Below, one piece after another: positions 57,909 to 64,000 of a stretch of DNA of 64,000 bases. A model generated the notes under the pieces. That model saw only the letters and a list, made by a program, of their open reading frames with translations. It did no database searches and was not told the DNA's origin. A program made the position numbers and the translations under genes. The stretch covers positions 5,735 to 69,734 of the forward strand of contig CACBTL010000005.1 in the NCBI GenBank assembly GCA_902542145.1, given 5' to 3'. How positions within the stretch are numbered: position 1 is the first letter of the stretch; every line of letters begins with the position of its first letter. Source of the DNA: an uncultured SAR86 cluster bacterium (lineage in GTDB: Bacteria; Pseudomonadota; Gammaproteobacteria; Magnimaribacterales; AG-339-G14).

Positions 57909-59348
57909 ATGAAACTTTCATGGTCTAAGTATGAGCTATCTAAATCGTACGATGAGTATATTACACCAAAGCGCACTGTTAGAGGTCACTTAAGAAAAAT
58001 TGGAAATTTTTTTGAATCTCTTTCACATAACGATCTACAAGAACTTGATAGCGCAACAAAATCTGCCATCAAATCAATGGGTATCAATTTTCGAGTTTAC
58101 TCTGATGAAGGTTCTGAAGAACGAACATGGCCTTTAGATTTTATTCCTAGAATTATAAAAAAAAGGGAGTGGAACATTGTCGAGAAGGGACTGAAACAAA
58201 GAACTAAAGCACTCAATTATTTTATTGAGGATTGTTATAACGAACAAAGTTTTCTTAATTCTGGAATCATCGATAAATCATTAATAATAAAATCTAAATA
58301 TTTTATAAAATTTTGTAAGGGTACTAAATTACCTAATAAATCTTGGGCCCATATTTCTGGCAGCGATCTTGTAAAAGATATAAAAGGAGACTTTCATGTT
58401 CTTGAAGACAACTTGAGAGTTCCGTCTGGAGTGTCTTATATGCTAGAAAATAGATACGTTATGAAAAGAGTTTTTCCTGATTTATTCTCACATTATGGCG
58501 TTTCTAAGATAGACGAATATCCCACTAAACTATATGAATGCTTACAGGAAGCATCATTATCCAAATTAAAAAGACCTGAAATTGTTCTACTTACACCTGG
58601 AATTTATAACTCGGCTTATTATGAACATTCATATCTCGCACAACAAATGGGGATAGACCTAGTCGAAGGTTCAGATTTAATCGTTAAGAAAAATATAGTT
58701 TATAAAAAAACAATCGAAGGACTTCAAAAGGTAGACGTTATTTATAGAAGAATTGATGACGACTATCTTGATCCTGAAGTAGGTAATCCGTTTAGTGTTA
58801 TTGGGGTAAAAGGATTAATAAGAGCCTGGAAGAGTAAAAATGTAGCTATTGTTAACGCACCTGGATGCGGTATTGCTGATGATAAAGCTGTTTATTCTTA
58901 CGTTCCAGAAATGATTAATTTCTATTTAAAGGAAGAACCTATACTTCCAAGTATAAAAACTTTCATGCTTATGAATAAAAATGAAAGAGATTATGTATTT
59001 GAAAATATTAAAACAATGGTTACAAAACCTGTGGCAGAGTCAGGTGGATATGGAATATCAATTGGTAAAAACTTAAACGAAAGAGAAATACTTAAGTTAA
59101 AAAGATTAATAATGAAAGATCCTAAAAATTATGTTGCTCAACCTTTAATAGATTTATCAACATCGCCAACATTTAGAAGAGATTCGTTATTTCCAAGGCA
59201 TTTGGATTTGAGACCATTTATTCTTTCTGGTAAGCATACCTATGTGACAGTTGGAGGTCTCACTAGAGTCGCACTTAAAAGAGGCTCGACAGTTGTAAAT
59301 TCTTCTCAAGGCGGAGGAAGCAAAGATACTTGGATAGTGGATGCATAA
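57909..59348 (+). CDS. Circularly permuted ATP-grasp type 2 protein
   Basis: PLD.IPRII, VLEDNLRVPSGVSYMLENR, NSAYYEH, YRRIDD.YLDP, GGLTRVAL..GS.VVNSSQGGGSKDTW. Confidence 0.95.
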   Translation: MKLSWSKYELSKSYDEYITPKRTVRGHLRKIGNFFESLSHNDLQELDSATKSAIKSMGINFRVYSDEGSEERTWPLDFIPRIIKKREWNIVEKGLKQRTKALNYFIEDCYNEQSFLNSGIIDKSLIIKSKYFIKFCKGTKLPNKSWAHISGSDLVKDIKGDFHVLEDNLRVPSGVSYMLENRYVMKRVFPDLFSHYGVSKIDEYPTKLYECLQEASLSKLKRPEIVLLTPGIYNSAYYEHSYLAQQMGIDLVEGSDLIVKKNIVYKKTIEGLQKVDVIYRRIDDDYLDPEVGNPFSVIGVKGLIRAWKSKNVAIVNAPGCGIADDKAVYSYVPEMINFYLKEEPILPSIKTFMLMNKNERDYVFENIKTMVTKPVAESGGYGISIGKNLNEREILKLKRLIMKDPKNYVAQPLIDLSTSPTFRRDSLFPRHLDLRPFILSGKHTYVTVGGLTRVALKRGSTVVNSSQGGGSKDTWIVDA

Positions 59349-60259
59349 TGTTAAGTAGGAGTGCAAAACATTTGTATTGGCTCGCCCGATACGTAGAAAG
59401 AGTTGAAAACATTGCAAGAATGATCGATGTAAATCTTGAACTAATTTTAGATTTTCCTGACGATCATTCTTTAAACTGGAAACCTCTAATTGATACTTTA
59501 GATATTAATGAATTATTTGAGGGTAAATATAAAAATTATAACGAAAACAATGTTTTAAATTTTTTGTTTGAAGATAAAAAAAATCTAAGTTCTCTTAATA
59601 ATTGCCTAGAGATGTCTAAATATAATATACAAACCATAAAAGATGATTTACCCAAAACTGCAAATGTAAGTCTGAATCATCTATATGATCATGTTCTTGA
59701 TCAGAAAATTTCTAAAGTTCATCAACGAAGGAAACTGCAACATATAACAAATATAGTATCGATGACTCAAAATTTTTTTGGAGCTATAAATGATAATCTC
59801 TCTAGAGGTTATGAGTTTGAATTTATCAGACTAGGTAGATTTATAGAGAGGACAGATATGATATCCAGAATTATAGATTGCTTATGTATTTCAAAAAGTT
59901 CTAAACAAACTCATGATTTTTCTACTATGGAATGGATTAGCATGCTCTCAACTTTATCTGCTCAAGATGCATTTAGAAAGGAATCAAAAGGAGAAGCGAA
60001 CAGGGGTGAAGTTATAACTTTTTTACTTAAGAATGACAGTTTTCCCAGATCAGTATTTAGAAGTCTAATCACTATTGAGGCCTGTTTAAAAAATCTTCCT
60101 AAAAATACAAAGTTACTACAAATGATTAATAGGATTATCAATATTTCTGAGAAATCTAAACTACATAACTTTGATGATAAAAGACTACATTTATTTTTAG
60201 ATAGCCTCCAAAAAAATGTGTCTAAAATTGATTCTAAGATTCACAATACTTATTTTTAA
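59348..60259 (+). CDS. Alpha-E domain protein (DUF403)
   Basis: Start moved to ATG 59348 (TAATG coupling); MLSR.A..LYWLARYVER and LGRFIER duplicated ER motifs; FPRSV. Confidence 0.93.
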   Translation: MLSRSAKHLYWLARYVERVENIARMIDVNLELILDFPDDHSLNWKPLIDTLDINELFEGKYKNYNENNVLNFLFEDKKNLSSLNNCLEMSKYNIQTIKDDLPKTANVSLNHLYDHVLDQKISKVHQRRKLQHITNIVSMTQNFFGAINDNLSRGYEFEFIRLGRFIERTDMISRIIDCLCISKSSKQTHDFSTMEWISMLSTLSAQDAFRKESKGEANRGEVITFLLKNDSFPRSVFRSLITIEACLKNLPKNTKLLQMINRIINISEKSKLHNFDDKRLHLFLDSLQKNVSKIDSKIHNTYF

Positions 60260-60315
60260 AAAGTATTAGAAATAAATTTTTTTTTCGTCATAATTTAATA
60301 AACAAAGGAGAAAAA

Positions 60316-61041
60316 ATGAGAAAAATTTTATTTTCAATACTGATAACTATTTTTTCAGTCAATATATTTTCAGATGATCATGGGATAAAACCTGGAAATG
60401 TTGTAGCTGAATTTCACTACTTTGACGTAACCGATCCAATGTCTTTTGTAGCAACAGTTGATAAATTTGATGTATCTTCCTGTGCGCAAAACTGGCGAGA
60501 AAAATCAGGGGTAAATATTGGTCTTTATGCTCTTGGTGGAGGTGCTCATTCTCATCTTATACTCGTGGTATACGATGATTTTGATCAAATGCAGATTGGA
60601 AGATCTATTTTTGGATCTTGCCAAGAATCGGCTCAAATGATCAAAGGCATGGATAATTACTCTAATTCTGATAAGTATTACAACTTTGTAACAGAATTGG
60701 CTCTTGAATCAGGCGATTGGAGAACGGATACAGTTTTTGCTAATGTCGATATTAAAGTTGAATCTGGCGAAGAAGCTAAATATTTGAAAGCTTGGGTAGA
60801 TTTCATGGAATCTCAAGAAAGTGTCGGTTCTTTTGGAATTAACCGAATCCTTTTTGGAAATAAATACTACACTCATATGATCTATTTAGGTTCTAATTCC
60901 ATGAGTGAACTTACAAATTCCATGAAAACTGCATTTAGTTCAAGAGACTATCAAACTTATCTAAATAAAGTGGAAGATATTCGAACGAATGTTCAAACAA
61001 GAATGGCACAATTTGTAAAAGCATATCCTAACGAAAGATAG
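60316..61041 (+). CDS. Secreted hypothetical protein, paralog family member 4
   Basis: Signal peptide; V.DP...DKF..S.C, HSH, SC.E, G.NR.LFGN..THM.Y.G shared with member 1. Confidence 0.8.
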   Translation: MRKILFSILITIFSVNIFSDDHGIKPGNVVAEFHYFDVTDPMSFVATVDKFDVSSCAQNWREKSGVNIGLYALGGGAHSHLILVVYDDFDQMQIGRSIFGSCQESAQMIKGMDNYSNSDKYYNFVTELALESGDWRTDTVFANVDIKVESGEEAKYLKAWVDFMESQESVGSFGINRILFGNKYYTHMIYLGSNSMSELTNSMKTAFSSRDYQTYLNKVEDIRTNVQTRMAQFVKAYPNER

Positions 61042-61054
61042 GAAAAGTATTATT

Positions 61055-61087
61055 AAAAAATACCCGATTTATTCGGGTATTTTTTTT
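61055..61087. terminator. Bidirectional intrinsic terminator
   Basis: A6-TACCCGA-TTTAT-TCGGGTA-T8 between convergent genes. Confidence 0.9.
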
Positions 61088-61098
61088 ATATAAAGAAA

Positions 61099-62016
61099 TT
61101 AGAAAAATTCACTGAAAAGTGATTTTAAGTTTTTATCTTCTTTTATTTTTGACTTTAAAATTGTTTTACCTTTATCCAATATTTCATGATGATAGTTGAT
61201 GATTGAACTGTTAAAACTTTTTTTAGCTTTCACCTTTTTGTAATAATCTTCAAGAAAAGGTTTATCTCTAAATAATATTTCGTCCCATCCTACTTCTTCA
61301 ATTCTATGAAGAATAACCGCCCAACTAATATCTGCTAATGTAAATGAATTATTGATAATCCAATCTTCTTCTTTTATCTTTAAATGATTATTTAGTTCAA
61401 GTAGGTGATTGTTAATATTCTTTAATGATCTTTTAATTAACCTTCTGATAGGAGAACTACTCGAGAAAGCTTTATATCCAAATATCTTAAGAATGATAAA
61501 AAGGAAAACCCTTATTTTCAACGGATGATTTATTAAACCAAAAAGTATTTTGTTGATATTTATATACTTAATCATTGAAGCAAAAAGTGGAAAAGTCAAA
61601 GCGCCTATACAGTTTCCTGCATATATATCTTGATTTTCCATTGGATCTCCAATCATAGAAGACTTTTTTACCCAATAATTCATTGAATTTTTATCTTTTT
61701 CATTATCAGGAATAAGAGAACTTGAAGAAGATTCCTTAGTTAAATAGTAAATTTGTGCATGCGATTCATAAATTGGATAACCTTCATGAAGTAAAACTGG
61801 GACAGTCGCACCGGGATTAATTTTTAAAAAATTTTTAGAGGCAACTTGATATTTACCTGTTTCTATTAAATCAATATGTTCCTGATCATATTCTATTTCT
61901 AATTCTTCAAGGCACAATCGAACTTTACGAGAACAAAGCGAAAAACAATTATGATAGAGAATCCATTTTTTATCTGTATCAATAACTTTAAAACTTTGTT
62001 TTCCTTCTCTAGCCAC
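61099..62016 (-). CDS. Glutathione S-transferase family protein (GDAP1-like)
   Basis: LYH...S.CSRKVRL, INP..TVPVL, ES, FTLADI...LHR; long hydrophobic insertion. Confidence 0.85.
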   Translation of the reverse strand: MAREGKQSFKVIDTDKKWILYHNCFSLCSRKVRLCLEELEIEYDQEHIDLIETGKYQVASKNFLKINPGATVPVLLHEGYPIYESHAQIYYLTKESSSSSLIPDNEKDKNSMNYWVKKSSMIGDPMENQDIYAGNCIGALTFPLFASMIKYININKILFGLINHPLKIRVFLFIILKIFGYKAFSSSSPIRRLIKRSLKNINNHLLELNNHLKIKEEDWIINNSFTLADISWAVILHRIEEVGWDEILFRDKPFLEDYYKKVKAKKSFNSSIINYHHEILDKGKTILKSKIKEDKNLKSLFSEFF

Positions 62017-63580
62017 GTTTTATTTTTTTCCTGATTGAATAGATAAGGAGAATCGCTAATAAGATAAACAAGATTGCATAGGTTTTATTTGCTAACAATA
62101 AAATCCATATAAGTATAAGAGTTCCGATAATAGGGGAGGGCTTCTCTACCAATTCAAAATCGTAATTTAACCAAGGAGCTCCACTCTCTTCAGATAACAT
62201 CCTATCCCCGTGAAGATAAAGATAACTTGCATCAGGATATCCTTGTAGGTTTCGTTTAGGAATTTTATTGAGAGTTTCCTTCATTCGATCAAAAATATCA
62301 GGATAATCTTTTGATAAATCATACTCTTCAAGTGGATCCTCTATGATATTAAATAATTCAAAGTAATTAACTGAGTTACTTCCAGCTGGACCTTTCTTAA
62401 AGTAAAGCTTCCAGTCTTCATTGAATAAGGCAATTTCTTCAAAAGCTACACTGGCAGCTAAAACTGAATTTTGGGGTTTATCAACTGTACGTTTAAGAAA
62501 AGAATCCCATCTACTGGTACCTTCAAAAAAACTTTTTTCATAATCGATTTCAGCTGCACTCAATAAAGTTGGTAAGACATCCTGTATGAAAAAAAACTGA
62601 TTAGAAGATTCATTTGTAAATTTACCTTCCCACATCATAAATGCCGGAACCCTTATACCTCCTTCGTATGCTGATCCTTTACTACCTTTTAATCCTCCGC
62701 TGCTTCCTTTAGCATTTAATAATTCTGGAACAACTACTGCTCCAATTGGATCTATGTCAAAGACAGGACCATTGTCACTAAAAAAAAGTATCAGGGTATT
62801 TGACGAAAGCTTTTCATTTTTTATGCTATCAATGATTCTCCCAATTTGTTTATCTAGAATACTAATATTTGCTGCATAAACTCTTTCTTTTGGATCATCA
62901 ATATATCCAAACTTTTCTATGTTCTCATAAGGTGCTTGAATAGGTGTATGAGGAGCATTGAAAGCTACATATAAGAGTAAAGGTTTGTTATTTTGTTTAT
63001 TTTGTATGACTTTTATTGCTTCGTTCGCAATTAGGTCTGTTGAATAACCTTCTTCTTTTAAAGGCACACCATTCTTATGCCAATCAAGTCTTCCTGACAT
63101 TGTATGGTTAAAATAATCGATCCCCCCATTCATAAAACCATAGGTTGTATCAAAACCTCTTTGACCAGGTAAATATTCTTTAGAGTTCATTCCTAAGTGC
63201 CATTTTCCAACTAAAGCTGTTTGGTATCCCGCTTCTTTGAAATACTCAGGTAGTATTTTGTACTCAAGTGGAAGCCCCGTGGGACTTGTAGAAGGATTAC
63301 TAATTGGTCTTAGAATACCTACGGAATATGCTTCTAGCCCTGTCATTAAGGATGCTCTTGTAGGACTACATATTGGATTTGAATAAAATCGATTTAACTC
63401 CAAACCTTCATTCACGAACCTATCTATGTTCGGAGTTGGAATAATGCTTTCATGGTATGAAACGTCGCCCCAACCCAAATCATCAGAAACAATAATGACA
63501 ATATTTGGCTTTTCATATGGAAAAATAGAATTAGAAAAAAAAAGGAAACAAAGAAGTGTAAACCTTAAATTTTTAACCAA
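62009..63580 (-). CDS. Exported arylsulfatase (S1, Cys-type) with C-terminal membrane anchor
   Basis: PNIVIIVSDDLGWGD, CSPTRASLMTG, GKWHLG, APH, SDNG, YEGGIRVP; hydrophobic tail ending RKKIKRG. Confidence 0.93.
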   Translation of the reverse strand: MVKNLRFTLLCFLFFSNSIFPYEKPNIVIIVSDDLGWGDVSYHESIIPTPNIDRFVNEGLELNRFYSNPICSPTRASLMTGLEAYSVGILRPISNPSTSPTGLPLEYKILPEYFKEAGYQTALVGKWHLGMNSKEYLPGQRGFDTTYGFMNGGIDYFNHTMSGRLDWHKNGVPLKEEGYSTDLIANEAIKVIQNKQNNKPLLLYVAFNAPHTPIQAPYENIEKFGYIDDPKERVYAANISILDKQIGRIIDSIKNEKLSSNTLILFFSDNGPVFDIDPIGAVVVPELLNAKGSSGGLKGSKGSAYEGGIRVPAFMMWEGKFTNESSNQFFFIQDVLPTLLSAAEIDYEKSFFEGTSRWDSFLKRTVDKPQNSVLAASVAFEEIALFNEDWKLYFKKGPAGSNSVNYFELFNIIEDPLEEYDLSKDYPDIFDRMKETLNKIPKRNLQGYPDASYLYLHGDRMLSEESGAPWLNYDFELVEKPSPIIGTLILIWILLLANKTYAILFILLAILLIYSIRKKIKRG

Positions 63581-63998
63581 TTGACTCTAAAAAGTTAGCT
63601 AAATTCTTTCCTATTTGATCAGGAGAAGTTTCCTGAATAAAGTGATTTCCTTTTACGGTTACTTCTATAAGATTTTTCCAGCTTCTTACAAATTCTCTCT
63701 GATCACCAATAAGGATTGATCCTGGATCAGCATTAATAAAAAGTTTAGGAATATCAGAATCTTTATGAAAGTCTGCATTCTTTTGTACTTCATCAACAAC
63801 CTCAGCAGGTTCTCCCTCAAGAGGAATTTGTCTTGGCCAGGTTAGAGTAGGGCGCCTATCTTCTCCAGCAATAATAAAGGGCTTTCGATATTCATTTTTA
63901 TCTTCTTCGGAAAGATTGGGTGCATCCAAGAATAAAATCTTCTCAACAAAATAATTCTTTTCAAGAATTAACTCTTCACCTGCTTCAGATCTATAGAG
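63573..63998 (-). CDS. Haloalkane dehalogenase (LinB/DhaA type), C-terminal part; 5' end outside window
   Basis: Frame open to the window edge (RSEAGEELILEKNYFVEK); RPTLTWPRQIP, PKLFINADPG, GNHFIQE. Confidence 0.9.
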   Translation of the reverse strand, partial: LYRSEAGEELILEKNYFVEKILFLDAPNLSEEDKNEYRKPFIIAGEDRRPTLTWPRQIPLEGEPAEVVDEVQKNADFHKDSDIPKLFINADPGSILIGDQREFVRSWKNLIEVTVKGNHFIQETSPDQIGKNLANFLESIG

Positions 63999-64000
63999 AC

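Noticed and set aside
3039-59417. Many short ORFs antisense to, or nested in, long genes (e.g. 3039-3266, 4504-4845, 17638-18030, 20975-21532, 47339-47839, 49557-49955, 56486-56791)
   Set aside because: They lie wholly within well-supported genes, have no recognisable motifs and look like shadow ORFs.
1-64000. CRISPR array, tRNA/rRNA, IS, integrase or prophage
   Set aside because: All intergenic gaps are under 300 bp, with no regularly spaced repeats or cloverleaf, and no transposase, integrase or phage ORF was recognised.

Overview
AT-rich, very gene-dense chromosomal segment of a streamlined marine gammaproteobacterium. A SAR86-like origin is inferred from gene content and compaction, not proven. 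Left to right it holds: the end of a type II secretion operon (gspJKLMN); hydrolases, pdxJ and grxD; a cupredoxin lipoprotein and a ferritin-like gene; argG, fabD, an FNR-type reductase and a split metG; mlaA, dusA, nhaB, nudC; a pruned rne-rluC-rpmF-fabG-acpP-fabF-mltG-tmk-holB block; agcS, an LhgO-like oxidase and ptrB; three tandem TonB-dependent receptors; and an accessory region. No rRNA, tRNA, CRISPR array or mobile element was seen. The strongest leads are: (1) a contiguous cluster of a CHASE2 adenylate cyclase, a cyclic-nucleotide-gated K+ channel, two outer-membrane barrels and a BacNav-family voltage-gated channel whose filter (TYDDWA) looks Ca2+-selective, a candidate cAMP-to-membrane-potential/Ca2+ signalling module; (2) four paralogous secreted His/Cys two-repeat proteins of unknown function; (3) an Anbu / CP-ATP-grasp / alpha-E system lacking its usual transglutaminase; (4) an RNase E lacking the Zn-link CxxC, behind a highly structured leader with a pseudoknot; (5) CsrA-like GGA hairpins in all three TBDR leaders. 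All calls come from reading motifs by eye; no database searches were run.
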